From: Dehalococcoidia bacterium | GTDB taxonomy: Bacteria > Chloroflexota > Dehalococcoidia > UBA2979 | Reading direction: 5' to 3' | Assembly (NCBI GenBank): GCA_965262725.1 | Contig: OZ253555.1 | Span: forward strand, 3,456,001-3,520,000 | Length of the DNA stretch: 64,000 nucleotides | In this document: positions 10,543 to 22,100 of the stretch, piece by piece | Position numbering within the stretch: the first letter of the stretch is position 1 | How the letters are laid out: each line of letters begins with the position of its first letter | Position numbers and translations under genes: made by a program | Notes under the pieces: model-generated | Database searches by the model: none | Seen by the model: only the letters and a program-made list of their open reading frames with translations | Told to the model about the DNA's origin: nothing

Positions 10543-10616
10543 TGCCGGGTGGTGTAACGGTAGCACGGGGGACTTTGGATCCCTGAGTCGAGGTTCGAAT
10601 CCTCGCCCGGCAACCA
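10543..10616 (+). tRNA. tRNA-Gln (TTG)
   Basis: TGCCGGG acceptor stem, anticodon loop CTTTGGA, GGTTCGAATCC, CCA end. Confidence 0.96.
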
Positions 10617-10804
10617 CTCCGTCGCCGCACATGGGGGCGTTGCCGCACCAGCCCCGGCGCCGCACCGCCTGACAGTCTCAGCAGCCCCCGCAGTGCAGCC
10701 AGCGGGCCCGCGGGGTGCCGTCGCGGTAGCGGGCGTCGTGGCCCCCTGGGCCGATAGACTGATTCGCGGGGGACGTGCGCCCGACCGCCTGGGCAGGAGG
10801 CAGC

Positions 10805-11263
10805 ATGAAACTCTTCCTACGCTTCTTCGTTCCGTTCCACATCTGTGTCTTCCGGCTGACGGGGGGACGGCTGCTGGGCCACTTCGAGCTGCCTGCGCTG
10901 CTGCTGACGACCACCGGCCGGCGGTCAGGGAAGCAGCGGACGGTACCCCTGCTCTACGTCGACGAGGACGGCACCCTGCTGGTCGTCGCCTCGAACGCAG
11001 CGGCGCCGACCAATCCGGACTGGTACCACAACCTCGTCGCCAACCCCACGGTCGAGATGCAGACGCGCGCGGGCAAGCGCTCGATGCGAGCCGAGCCCTC
11101 GGTGGGAGAGGCCCGGCATCGCCGGTTCGAGCTGTTCAAGGCCGCGGCGAGCCACTACGCGAAGTACGAGTCGCGGACCGACCGGGAGATCCCAGTCGTG
11201 GCGCTGCGGGAGATCTCGGAGCTGCACCTCCCTGAGGTGCCCGGGAAGCAGCCGACGCACTGA
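10805..11263 (+). CDS. F420H2-dependent oxidoreductase (Ddn/FDOR-A family)
   Basis: LLLTTTGRRSGKQRTVPL, VASNAA..PDWYHNL, REIPVV; AGGAGG RBS. Confidence 0.92.
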   Translation: MKLFLRFFVPFHICVFRLTGGRLLGHFELPALLLTTTGRRSGKQRTVPLLYVDEDGTLLVVASNAAAPTNPDWYHNLVANPTVEMQTRAGKRSMRAEPSVGEARHRRFELFKAAASHYAKYESRTDREIPVVALREISELHLPEVPGKQPTH

Positions 11264-11335
11264 GGCTCCAGCCCCGCCACCAGCCCGGGGGCGTTCCCGC
11301 GCGCGGGCGACCCCGCGCGAGTCCCCGGTCTGCGG

Positions 11336-11769
11336 CTACCTCTCGCCGGTCTCCAGATGGACCTGCCAGTTCACCCAGAACCGATCGGTGCAGGCGCCAA
11401 GGTAGCCGCCCCAGAACATGTCCTGGAGATCCATCGTGACCTGCCCGCCCTCCGACAGGGCGACGAAGACGCGTTCCGCGTCCTCGCGCGATTGGGGCGC
11501 ATAGCTGACCGCGAGTTGTTGCCGACGAGCAGAGGCGGTCCGAAGCCGGGTGGAACCTCGCTGCCCATCAGCATGCTGGAGCCCACGGGAGGGGCGACGT
11601 GCATCAGTTGATCCATCACCGCCTCCGGGACGCCCATATCGGCGGGACCGTCACGGAACGTCTGGATGTTCGAGAACTCCCCGCCGAACACGGACCGATA
11701 GAACTCGAAGGTCTCCCGGCACTGCCCCTCGAAGTTCAGGTAGAGCGAGAGCGCCGGCGGCGGCGTCAT
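11336..11769 (-). pseudogene. VOC/PhnB-like protein with a 1-nt frameshift near 11515
   Basis: YLNFEGQCRETFEFYRSVFGG in one frame; AVSYAPQ...LSEGGQVTMDLQDMFWGGYLGACTDRFWVNWQV in the shifted frame. Confidence 0.8.
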
Positions 11770-11962
11770 CTCAGCGGTCCCCCTCATCGCGCGGCCGGTC
11801 CCGCGGCGCGCGGCGTCCCGATTGCACGGGTACGCCGGACACCGGCCCATGCTGCGCCGGCACGCGGCTCGGGAGGCGTCGAGCGGGCCGGGCCGCTCGC
11901 GGGCCGGCGCCTGATCGTCCTCCCGGCGCGACGCTCGAACCGGGGACGCTCTCGCGCCCGCG

Positions 11963-13025
<1,063 letters not shown>

Positions 13026-13033
<8 letters not shown>

Positions 13034-14315
13034 CGCCCGAGCCCGCCTCCCCACTCCCGCGGGCGAGAGCCCCGATCAGTCCCTCGATGTCGAGGGTGCG
13101 CTCCTCCCCCGAGGCCGCAAGCGGCTTGAGTTGCACGACTCGATCCGCGGCCTCCCTCTCCCCCGCGATCACGGCGTAGCGTGCCCCCAGGCGCCCGGCG
13201 GCGCGGAGCTGGGCCCGCAGCGAGCGGCCCGTCGTCCCGCCGCGAACGGCGAGGCCGGCGCGGCGCAACTCGCGCGCGACGTGCATCGCCCACGCGGCCC
13301 CCTCCTCGCCGACCGGCACCGTCACCACGTCGACGGCGGCCGGACACGGGCCCTCGACGCCCTGCTCCCGCAGGTTGAGGACGATCCGCTCGATGCCGGT
13401 CGCAAAGCCGGTGCCCGGAGTCGGCGGGCCGCCCAGGAGCTCGATGAGCCCGTCGTAGCGACCGCCCGCCCCCACCGTCGACTGGCCCCCGCCGCCCGCT
13501 GGTTCGAACTCCCACACCGTGTGCGCGTAGTAGTCGAGGCCCCGCACGATGCGATGGTCGACGTCGTGCTCGATGCCGAGGGCATCGAGCAGGCGCCGTA
13601 CCTCAGTGAAGTGCGCCCGGTCGTCGGGGCCGAGCGCGTCCGCGATCGAGGGCGCGTCCCGGAGCGCCGGGTTCCCGGCATCCTCCTTGGAATCGAGCAC
13701 GCGCAGGACGTTGGTCGACAGCCGCCGCTGCGAGTCCCGAGAGAGGGTCGCGGCGTTCGGCTCGAGATGGGCGCGGAGCGCCTGCTCGTAGCGGCGCCTG
13801 GACTCGGGCGTCCCGATCGAGTTGATGCGCAGCGCGATCTCGCTCAGGCCGAGCTCGCGGTAGAGCGTGTGCTGCATCTCGATCACCTCGACATCGGCCG
13901 CCGGGGAGGCGTCGCCGATGCACTCGACGCCGAATTGCCAGAGCTGGCGGTAGCGGCCCGCCTGCGGGCGGTCGTAGCGGAACATCGGGCCAAAATAGGC
14001 GAGCCGCACCGGCTGCGGCCGACTCGCCATCCCGTGCTCCACGTAGGCGCGGCACACGGCGGCGGTGGCCTCCGGACGCAGCGCGACCCGGCCACCTCCC
14101 CGGTCCTCGAAGAGGTACATCTCCTTCTGCGCCAGGTCGCTCTCGGAGCCGACCGAGCGCAGGAAGACCCGCTCGTCCTCGACGATCGGCGTCGTGATGA
14201 AACCGTAGCCGTAGCCGCGCGCGACGCGCTCGCAGATGTCGCGCACGTGACGCCACAGCGGCTCGTCCTCCGGCAGGAGGTCGTGCATACCGCGGGGAGA
14301 CTGGAGCTCAGGCAT
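13026..14315 (-). CDS. hisS: Histidine--tRNA ligase
   Basis: [38 protein letters not shown]. Confidence 0.97.
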
Positions 14316-14450
14316 GTGGTCGATCCTACGGGCACGCCTGCGCCGGTGCACGGGTGGCACGTGGAGGGGGCGCTCCGGCGAGCCCGCCGCGGCGTGCTAA
14401 TCTGGGCGGAAGGGTCGAGAGCCCCGAGCGGGCCACGAGGAGCAGCCGGA

Positions 14451-16607
14451 GTGGTCGTCTCCGAGCACACCCCTGCCGGCACTGATCATCTCTTCGAGTC
14501 TCTGGAGGGCTATCTCCCGCCGGCGCGCGTCGACGAGGTGCGCGCCGCCCTGGCCTTCGCCATCGAGGCCCACGCGGGACAGACCCGGCGGTCCGGTGAC
14601 GCGTACATCACCCACCCCGTCGCCGTCGCCCGCCTCGTGGCCGACCTGCGGATGGACGCGCAATCGGTGAAGGCCGCCCTGCTGCACGACGTCATCGAGG
14701 ACTGCCAGGTGACCGCGAAGCAACTGCGCGAGCACTTCGGGCCCGATGTCGCGACGCTGGTCGAAGGCGCGACCAAGATCGAGCACATTCCGCAGCCGGG
14801 AGGCCGCCCCCTCGCCGCCACGGACGCGGAGACGCTTCGGAAGATGCTCCTCGCGATGGCGGAGGACGTCCGAGTCGTCATCATCAAGATCGCCGACCGC
14901 CTCCACAACATGCAGACGCTCGAGCACCTCACTGCGGACCGCCGCGAGGCGATCGCGCGGGAGACGATGGACATCTACGCCCCGCTCGCCGGGCGCCTCG
15001 GGATCTGGCAGATGCGCTGGCAACTCGAGGACCTCGCGTTTCGCTTCCTCGATCCGGAAGGCTACCGCAGCGTCGCGGCGATGGTCGCCTCGCGCCGACA
15101 GGAGCGCGAGCGCTTCGTGCGCGGCGTCGCGACCGAGCTGGGCCAAGCGCTCGAGGCGACTGGGATCGCCGCAGATGTCTCGGGGCGAGTCAAGCACCTG
15201 CGCTCGATTCACGACAAGGTGCGCCGGTACCAGGCGGAGGGGAAGAGCTTCGACCAGATCCACGATCTCATCGCCGTGCGGGTGCTCGTACCGGAGGTGG
15301 CGGATTGCTACGCCGCGCTCGGCATCATCCACCAGATCTGGCGCCCCATTCCCGGCACGTTCGACGACTACATCGCGAACCCGAAGGAGTCGCTCTACCA
15401 GTCGCTGCACACCTCAGTGATGGGACCGGAGACGCATCCCTTCGAGGTGCAGATCCGCACCCACGAGATGCACGACGTGGCCGAGTACGGCGTAGCCGCC
15501 CACTGGCGCTACAAGGAGGAGCCGCGCAGCCGCCGGGACGCGCGCGACGAGGAGCGGATGGCCTGGTTGCGCCATCTGCTCGAGTGGCAGCGCGAGTCGT
15601 CGGGAGCTGAGGATTTCCTGGAGTCGGTGAAGACCGACGTCTTTCGCGACCAGGTCTTCGTCTATACCCCGCGCGGGGACGTCCGCGTCCTCCCGGCCGG
15701 GAGCACGCCGATCGACTTCGCGTTCCGCATCCACACCGATCTCGGGCTGCACTGCATCGGCGCGACGTTGAACGGCCACGTCGTGCCGCTCAACACCAGG
15801 CTCTCCAACGGCGATGTCGTCCACATCGTGCGCGGGCGGGCCGAGCGCGGCCCGTCACGTGAGTGGCTCAACCCGGCGCTCGGCTACATCGGCTCGTCGA
15901 ACGCGCGCCAGAAGGTGCGACAGTGGTTCCGTCGGCAGCAGCGCCACGAGAACGTGCAGCGCGGAAGCGAGCAGCTCGAACTCGAGCAGCGGCGCCTCGG
16001 CCTGCGGAGCGTCCCTGCGGACCTCGTTGCGCAGCTGGGGTTCGAGACCGCGGACGAGATGCTGGAGGCCATCGGCTACGGCGGAGTGTCCACCGAGCTA
16101 CTGGCGCAGAGGCTGGTCGAGCACGTGGCGCCATCTCGACCCGCTCTGCAGGGCCGCGACGACGCGACGGCCGTTCGCGTCTACGGCACCCTCGGGCACA
16201 AGGCGACGCTCGCCGGCTGCTGCCGGCCAGCCCCGCCCGATCCGATCGTCGGTTTCGTCACGCGCTCAGGCGGCGTGACCGTGCACCGCCACGACTGCCG
16301 CTCGGCAGCGCGTCGGGAGGAGCCGGAGCGCTACGTCGAATGCGACTGGGAGCCCTCGGCCATCCGCTACTCCGGGACCATCGAGGTGCACGCGTGGGAC
16401 CGCGTGGGCCTCCTCCGCGATATCAGCACCATGGCCGCCGCGGCCGGCGTCAACATGGTCGAGGTGCGCACGGAGGAGCAGCCGGACCGCACGACGATCG
16501 TCCACCTCCGGCTCGAGACCAAGGGTGGTGCCGAGTTCGCTCAGCTACTGCAGCACCTGGACGGCGTGCGCGGCGTAGTCTCCGTCCGCCGCGCGGACGC
16601 CTCCTGA
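14451..16607 (+). CDS. rel: Bifunctional (p)ppGpp synthetase/hydrolase (long RSH, Rel)
   Basis: Intact HD (LLHDVIED), synthetase YQSLHT/EVQIRT, TGS, ZFD (CC..P) and ACT (DRVGLL) domains. Confidence 0.95.
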   Translation: MVVSEHTPAGTDHLFESLEGYLPPARVDEVRAALAFAIEAHAGQTRRSGDAYITHPVAVARLVADLRMDAQSVKAALLHDVIEDCQVTAKQLREHFGPDVATLVEGATKIEHIPQPGGRPLAATDAETLRKMLLAMAEDVRVVIIKIADRLHNMQTLEHLTADRREAIARETMDIYAPLAGRLGIWQMRWQLEDLAFRFLDPEGYRSVAAMVASRRQERERFVRGVATELGQALEATGIAADVSGRVKHLRSIHDKVRRYQAEGKSFDQIHDLIAVRVLVPEVADCYAALGIIHQIWRPIPGTFDDYIANPKESLYQSLHTSVMGPETHPFEVQIRTHEMHDVAEYGVAAHWRYKEEPRSRRDARDEERMAWLRHLLEWQRESSGAEDFLESVKTDVFRDQVFVYTPRGDVRVLPAGSTPIDFAFRIHTDLGLHCIGATLNGHVVPLNTRLSNGDVVHIVRGRAERGPSREWLNPALGYIGSSNARQKVRQWFRRQQRHENVQRGSEQLELEQRRLGLRSVPADLVAQLGFETADEMLEAIGYGGVSTELLAQRLVEHVAPSRPALQGRDDATAVRVYGTLGHKATLAGCCRPAPPDPIVGFVTRSGGVTVHRHDCRSAARREEPERYVECDWEPSAIRYSGTIEVHAWDRVGLLRDISTMAAAAGVNMVEVRTEEQPDRTTIVHLRLETKGGAEFAQLLQHLDGVRGVVSVRRADAS

Positions 16608-16665
16608 CAGGGACCCGCACCCACAACGGGACGGGCGAGGAGGCGCACCCGGTCGGGCGAGGCGC

Positions 16666-16680
16666 GGGGGGGGGGGGGGG
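16666..16680 (+). repeat. G15 homopolymer upstream of tRNA-Arg
   Basis: 15 consecutive G read directly. Confidence 0.8.
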
Positions 16681-16706
16681 TAGCGGGCGGCGGCCAGCTC
16701 CGCGCC

Positions 16707-16736
16707 TTGCGAGCGCTTCGAGCCGCTTCGTACACT
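16707..16736 (+). promoter_or_regulatory. Putative sigma70-type promoter of tRNA-Arg
   Basis: TTGCGA-N18-TACACT ending 10 nt before the tRNA. Confidence 0.5.
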
Positions 16737-16746
16737 CCGTAGGCAC

Positions 16747-16821
16747 GCCCTCGTAGCTCAGCGGATAGAGCACCGGCCTCCGGAGCCGGGAGCGCAGGTT
16801 CGAGTCCTGCCGAGGGTACCA
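16747..16821 (+). tRNA. tRNA-Arg (CCG)
   Basis: GCCCTCG stem, anticodon loop CTCCGGA, GGTTCGAGTCC, CCA end. Confidence 0.96.
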
Positions 16822-16864
16822 TCCCCCCATTCAGCGGTTCCGCCCGCTGGCGTACCCTCGATCC

Positions 16865-17200
16865 ATGAGCGACTCATCGGGAGCCGTCCCGGCCGCGACC
16901 GTCGTGACGGTCTACCCCATGACCGGCCGGCAACTCTTCTTCACCATCCCTCACGCTTTTTGCGAGGAGTGCGACCTCACCGTCCGCCTCGTCCAGCGCG
17001 TTGCCTCCGACCTCCCCGAGGTCGAAGTGCGCATCAGGCCCTGGTTCAACCACCTCTTCGACGCCCTGCGTCGCGGCGGCTGGCACCCGCCCGTCGTGAC
17101 GATCAACGGGACGATCGCCACCCAGGGTGTCGTCCCCGACGAAGACGGGCTCCGCCGCGCCCTCGTGCGCGCCGGCCGTAGCGCCCGCCGTCGCCGGTGA
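16865..17200 (+). CDS. Small thioredoxin/glutaredoxin-like protein
   Basis: CEEC motif, cis-Pro-like HPPVVTING, GVVP. Confidence 0.7.
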   Translation: MSDSSGAVPAATVVTVYPMTGRQLFFTIPHAFCEECDLTVRLVQRVASDLPEVEVRIRPWFNHLFDALRRGGWHPPVVTINGTIATQGVVPDEDGLRRALVRAGRSARRRR

Positions 17201-18132
17201 CGCCTGACCACCCCGGTCCGGCCGTAACCGCCGCCGCGGAGGCTCCACGCACCCTCCTCGGTGGCTATCTCGCCGTCGGCTCCACCCGCGAATGGCTGAG
17301 GGTCTGGGCAGCCATCCTCATCCTCCTCGGCCCCGCGAGGCTCGTCCTTCGCCTCGCCGCCGTGCTGCCGGAGCGGGGCCCGGCACGCACCCGCGGCCGT
17401 GCGGCCTGCCGGGCCGCCGAGCGCTGGTGGGCTCGGCTCGCCGCCCGCCTCCTCGGTCTGCGCATCCACATCAGCGGTCTCGAACACATCGACCCGCAGG
17501 AGCGCTACGTGGTCGCCTCCCTCCACGAGGGCTTCGCCGACGGCCTCGCCCTGCTCCATCTCCCCCTCTCGCTCACGGCCGTCGCCCGCGACGAGCTCGC
17601 CACCTTCCCGTTCCTCGGCAACCAGCTCGTGCGCGGGCGGCACATCCTGATCCGCCCCGAGCGCCCGGTCCATGCCGCCCGTACCGTCCAGCGCGAGGCC
17701 CACGCTGCCATCGAGTCCGGCGACAGCGTCCTGTTCTTCCCCCAGGGCTCCATCCTCGGCATCGAGATCGCCTTCCAGCCTGGAGCCTTCAACCTCGCGC
17801 GCCGCCTCGGCCGCCCGCTCCTCCCCATAGTCGTCACGGGCGGCCATCGGGTCTGGGAGCACCCCTTCACGCCCACCCTGCGCGCCAACCAGTCCATGAG
17901 CGTCGCCGTGCTCCCGCCCGCCCCACCCGACGAAACCGTCTCCCGGCAAGCAACGATCGAGCGGTGCATGAAAGAGCGTGCCCTCGCGAGCGCCACGCCA
18001 CCTCGCCGCTTCGACCCGAGCCGCGACGGCTACTGGGACGCCTACCGCTATGAGATCGACCCCGCCTTCCCCGACCTCGCCCAAGACATCGCCAGCCACC
18101 GCCGCGGTGCGGTGCGAGCCCACCCCCGCTAG
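17197..18132 (+). CDS. Lysophospholipid acyltransferase family (PlsC-like)
   Basis: HxxxxD (HEGFAD), FFPQGS, FQPGAF; GTGA overlap with the upstream gene. Confidence 0.8.
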   Translation: MTPDHPGPAVTAAAEAPRTLLGGYLAVGSTREWLRVWAAILILLGPARLVLRLAAVLPERGPARTRGRAACRAAERWWARLAARLLGLRIHISGLEHIDPQERYVVASLHEGFADGLALLHLPLSLTAVARDELATFPFLGNQLVRGRHILIRPERPVHAARTVQREAHAAIESGDSVLFFPQGSILGIEIAFQPGAFNLARRLGRPLLPIVVTGGHRVWEHPFTPTLRANQSMSVAVLPPAPPDETVSRQATIERCMKERALASATPPRRFDPSRDGYWDAYRYEIDPAFPDLAQDIASHRRGAVRAHPR

Positions 18133-18273
18133 CCCTGGTCCCGCCATCGAAGCGAGCACGCCGGGCGCGACCCCAACCAGACCGACGGCCTGGCGGCTAC
18201 AGCGTCACGGGCGCTCGAACGTTCGTAGGACAGTCGGGTCGGGCGTCGCAGGCCGGATAACGACCGCCGGCGC

Positions 18274-19161
18274 TCAGTCGAACTCCAGCGGCAGCGACGG
18301 ATCGGCGGCGTACTCCGACATCGAGGCGTCATAGACCGCGACGTCCTCGTAGCCCAGGAGCGAGAGGACGAAGGCGTCGTTGGACGCGGCGATGCCGCCC
18401 CCGCAGTACGTGACCACGCGCTGCGTGTGGTGCGCCCCCGCCTCTTCGAAGAGCGGCGCCAGCTCCTCCGCCGGGCGGTAGAGGCCGGTCTGGGGGTCGG
18501 TCAGCTCCATCGCCGGCACGTTGGTCGCGCGGGGGATGTGTCCGGCACGCCCGTAGGCTCGGCCGCCGTCGGCGCCCGAGTGCTGCTCCCGCCCGAGGGC
18601 GTTGATGAGGCAACTCCCGCCCCCGCCGCCCGACTCGACGAACGCGCGGACCTCGGCCAGGTCGGCGAAGCGGGCCGGGTCGGCGGTCGGCGTGAAGGTC
18701 GTGGGCGCGTACGCCGCCTCCCCCGTCGAGACGGGCCGGCCCTCGGCCGTCCAGCGACGCCAGCCGCCGTCGAGGACGGCCGCGCCCTCGCAGCCCATCG
18801 AGCGGAACATCCACCACAGCCTCGCCGCCCACGCCGAGCCCGAGCGGTCGTAGAGGACCAAGGTCGACGACTCCGAGATGCCGTGCCGTCCGGCCGCCGC
18901 TGCGAACGCCCCGGCCGAGGGCATCATGAAGCGCAGGCGGTGGTCGTTGTCTGAGAAGTCGGCCTGCAGGTCGAGGAAGGCCGCCCCGGGGATGTGTCCC
19001 GACTCATACTCCGCCCGTCCCGACTCGACGCGGTAGCCACCACCCTCCTGGGGACGCAGGAAGACGGTCGTCTCGAAGACGCACACGTCGTCGTCCTCCA
19101 CGTGCTCCGCCAGCCACTCGGTCGACACGAGGAACTCTGGATGCGCGAATGCCATGGTCAA
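18274..19161 (-). CDS. Sulfurtransferase (two-domain rhodanese, SseA/MST-like)
   Basis: LVSTEWL, GHIPGA, LDGG, active site YCGGGIAA, YDASMSEY. Confidence 0.92.
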   Translation of the reverse strand: MTMAFAHPEFLVSTEWLAEHVEDDDVCVFETTVFLRPQEGGGYRVESGRAEYESGHIPGAAFLDLQADFSDNDHRLRFMMPSAGAFAAAAGRHGISESSTLVLYDRSGSAWAARLWWMFRSMGCEGAAVLDGGWRRWTAEGRPVSTGEAAYAPTTFTPTADPARFADLAEVRAFVESGGGGGSCLINALGREQHSGADGGRAYGRAGHIPRATNVPAMELTDPQTGLYRPAEELAPLFEEAGAHHTQRVVTYCGGGIAASNDAFVLSLLGYEDVAVYDASMSEYAADPSLPLEFD

Positions 19162-20396
19162 CTCCAGCCGGCGCGGGCCTGCGGTGAGAAGGCCGGTTCG
19201 CGGTCTAGTATCCCCATCCCGCGGACCGTCCGCGATCGCTTTCGGCCGGAGCGGGAGTCTACTCGCTCGCCGCCGCCTCGCGCAGCCGCCCGAGATCGAT
19301 GCTCTGCATCGTCAGCAGCACCTCCATGACGCGATCGGGCGCGATCGCCAGCAGCTAATGGGAGCCGAACCAGAGGACCAGAGCGATCTGGGAGGATGGT
19401 TCCGGACCCGCCAGCCGGAGAGCATTACCAGTAGCTGAGGCGCTTGCGACCTCCAAGGGGAGACCGTGCCCCGGCTGGTTCGTTCGGGCCTGCGATGCAC
19501 TGATGGGGTGTCGTGCCGGTAGAGCACCGTGCCATTAGCTCGTTGCGGAGCAGCCCGGCGGGGCCAGCCAGCCAGGTGGGACAGGAAGGGAGCACGGGTT
19601 GACGGTGTACGTGGGGGACGACTGGTCCGAGGACCATCACGACGTCCACGTCATGAACGAGGAGGGCGAGAGCCTCGAGGCGAAGCGACTCCCCGAGGGA
19701 GCGGAGGGCATGACCGCCCTCCACGCCCTGCTCGCCGAACACGCACAGGACGCCGGCCAGGTCGTGGTCGGCATCGAGACCGACCGCGGCCCGTGGGTCG
19801 CAGCGCTCATCGGCGCGGGCTACCGGGTCTACGCCATCAACCCGCGGGTGGCGTCCCTCTACCGCGAGCGCCACCAGGTCGGCGGCGGGAAGTCGGACCG
19901 GGGCGATGCGCGCATGCTCGCCAACCTCGTCCGCACCGACAGCCACAACCACCGGCCGGTCGCGGGCGACAGCGCCCTCGCCTCCGCCGTGCAGGTGCGT
20001 GCCCGCGCCCAGCAGCAGCTGGTCTGGAATCGCACCCGCGAGAGCAACCGACTGCGCAGCGCGCTGCTGCAGTACTTCCCGGCCACACTCCAGGCCTTCC
20101 CCGACCTCACGCATCCCGATGCGCTCTCGGTGCTAGCCGTCGCCCCGGACCCGCTCGCAGCGGCGAAGCTGACGCGGGCGCAGATCCGTGCGGCGCTCAG
20201 GCGCGGGGGCCGCAAGCGCAACCTGGACACGCGGACGGAGGAGATCCACGAGAAGCTCCGCCTCCGCACGCTCCACGTCGCGCCCGTCCTCACCGAGGCG
20301 TTCGCCGACAGCGTGCTCGTCCAGGTTGCCCAGCTCCAGGAGATCAACCGGCAGCTCGAGGGACTGGAGTCGAAGCTGGCCCCGTCTACCGACTAA

Positions 20397-21836
20397 CTAC
20401 ACCGTCGCCAAACCTGTGATCGGCGGTCCGGGAGCTCCGGTTCCATCCGCTTCGTGGCCTCCGAGCGGCACCAGCTGGTAGCCGAGCTTCCTGGCCCTGC
20501 GTCTCGCGTTGCGGAGGGCTCTCTCGTGGTGCTGCGCCTCGTAGTACTCGGCTCCGGCGTCCGTGTACCCGTGTCCGTACTTCAGGCTCGAGTAGATGAT
20601 CCTCGCCAGCTTGTGAGCCGTCGCAGTGATGGCCTTGGCTGGCCCCAGCTGCGCCTTCTTCCTCCGCAGGAACGCCCCCAGGGCGCTGTCGGAGCGGTGA
20701 AGACCGAAGGCGGCAAGACGCAGGGCCGCTGCTGCCCGGTTCGCCGACGGCGTGGTCCGGGAGCTGATGACCTTGCCTCCGGTGACGCGGTTGTTCGGGC
20801 TCAGGCCCAACCACGATGCGAAGTGCTTCGGGGTTTCCCAGCGGCTCATGTCCACTCCGACCTCGCTGACGACCTTCAGCGCCGTATGGGCGTCCACGCC
20901 ATCGATGCGCGTCAGGTCCACCCCCGTCATCCGGTAGAGATGGCTCCGCACGTCGAACGCCGGCGCATTCTTGGCGCGCTTCGACCGCTTGGGCTTCCCG
21001 AGAGGCGGCCGGGGGTCGCCGGAATCGTCCCACTCCTCCAGTAGCGCCTCGAGCTTCCCGTCGCACTCGGCGATCTTGCCCTGGTACACCCGGTAGAGAT
21101 CCCGGGCCTGCGCCAGTTCGAAGAGGTGCTCCTCCCGCCAGTGCCCCTCCAGTGACCGGGCGATCATCGACGTGTCCGCCCGGATCCTCGGGTCACGCAG
21201 CTGCGCCAGCTTCACGGGGTCACGCTCGCCACCAATGACGGCATCAATGATGGCCAGTCCCGTCGCGCCGGTGATGTCGCTGATGACGTGCTGGAGCTTG
21301 ACGTTCATCTGGGTCAGGGCCTTCTGCATGTGCTGAACGTGTCTGGCCGCGTCCTCGACCAGCAGGGCTCGCTGCCGCATGTAGCTGCGCAGTCGGCGGA
21401 TATCCTCATCGGGACGGAAGGCTCCGGAGAGCAGCCCGTAGGTGTGAAGCTGCTGGATCCACTGGCTGTCCAGCACATCCGTCTTGCGGCCGGGCGCATT
21501 CTTGATGCCCCTCGGGTTCACCAACAGCACCTCGAATCCCCGCTCCTCCAGCACTCCGAAGAGCGGGATCCAGTACACCCCCGTCGACTCCAGCGCCACG
21601 GTCTCGATGCCGCACTCGGCCAACCAGTCCGCCAGGCGGTACAGGTCGCCCGTGAAAGCTGCGAACTCCCGCACCGGCGTATCGGAACGGTCCTCGGGGA
21701 CTGCCACGAAGTGGCTCTCGGCGCCCACATCGATCCCGGCCGCGTTCAGGTTCACCCGGGACAGCGCCGCGGGCAGTACCGGCGGATCGCCCCGCGTTCC
21801 GTCGGCGCGCCGGGCACTCTCGCCTCGTGTCTCCAT
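20397..21836 (-). CDS. IS110 (DEDD) recombinase, copy 1
   Basis: AGIDVG, ALESTGVYW, RKTDVLD, FASWLGLSP..RVTGG. Confidence 0.95.
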   Translation of the reverse strand: METRGESARRADGTRGDPPVLPAALSRVNLNAAGIDVGAESHFVAVPEDRSDTPVREFAAFTGDLYRLADWLAECGIETVALESTGVYWIPLFGVLEERGFEVLLVNPRGIKNAPGRKTDVLDSQWIQQLHTYGLLSGAFRPDEDIRRLRSYMRQRALLVEDAARHVQHMQKALTQMNVKLQHVISDITGATGLAIIDAVIGGERDPVKLAQLRDPRIRADTSMIARSLEGHWREEHLFELAQARDLYRVYQGKIAECDGKLEALLEEWDDSGDPRPPLGKPKRSKRAKNAPAFDVRSHLYRMTGVDLTRIDGVDAHTALKVVSEVGVDMSRWETPKHFASWLGLSPNNRVTGGKVISSRTTPSANRAAAALRLAAFGLHRSDSALGAFLRRKKAQLGPAKAITATAHKLARIIYSSLKYGHGYTDAGAEYYEAQHHERALRNARRRARKLGYQLVPLGGHEADGTGAPGPPITGLATV

Positions 21837-21849
21837 CCTCTCGCCCCCT

Positions 21850-22030
21850 CCCCCACAGCGTGGGCGTGTGACCGGAGGGAGCCACGACCAGACCGACACT
21901 CTACCGAACGGGATCGCCCCGACGGGACGTCACCAGTGATGCAGTCGCAGGGCTCCCGGACCATGCTTTTGAACGGGCAGATCGCACCAACGATGTACCG
22001 GCCTCGGCCCGGTCATCACGCCTCGCCGCG
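21850..22030 (-). ncRNA. Predicted bridge RNA in the IS110 left end (second copy 1715 bp downstream)
   Basis: Two parallel motifs: CTACCGA-ACGGG (21901) matches the donor junction and CTTTTGA-ACGGG (21966) matches the target site; boundaries approximate. Confidence 0.65.
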
Positions 22031-22100
22031 ACTATACATCGCCGCTCGGCCCACCCCAGTTAGTGGCTTGCTGCACCGCCCGGCCGCCGGGGGTGGGGTG

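Larger units (their letters stand above)
20386..22100 (-). mobile_element. IS110-family element, copy 1 of a 1715-bp tandem
   Basis: CT core at 20386-87, 22101-02 and 23816-17; period exactly 1715 bp. Confidence 0.93.

Noticed and set aside
11500-11525. Programmed frameshift in the VOC gene
   Set aside because: No slippery heptamer or stimulator; it looks like a single-base deletion
13131-14450. 440-aa N-terminal extension of the 1158-aa rel ORF
   Set aside because: It is the antisense shadow of hisS in high-GC DNA; Rel homology starts near 14451
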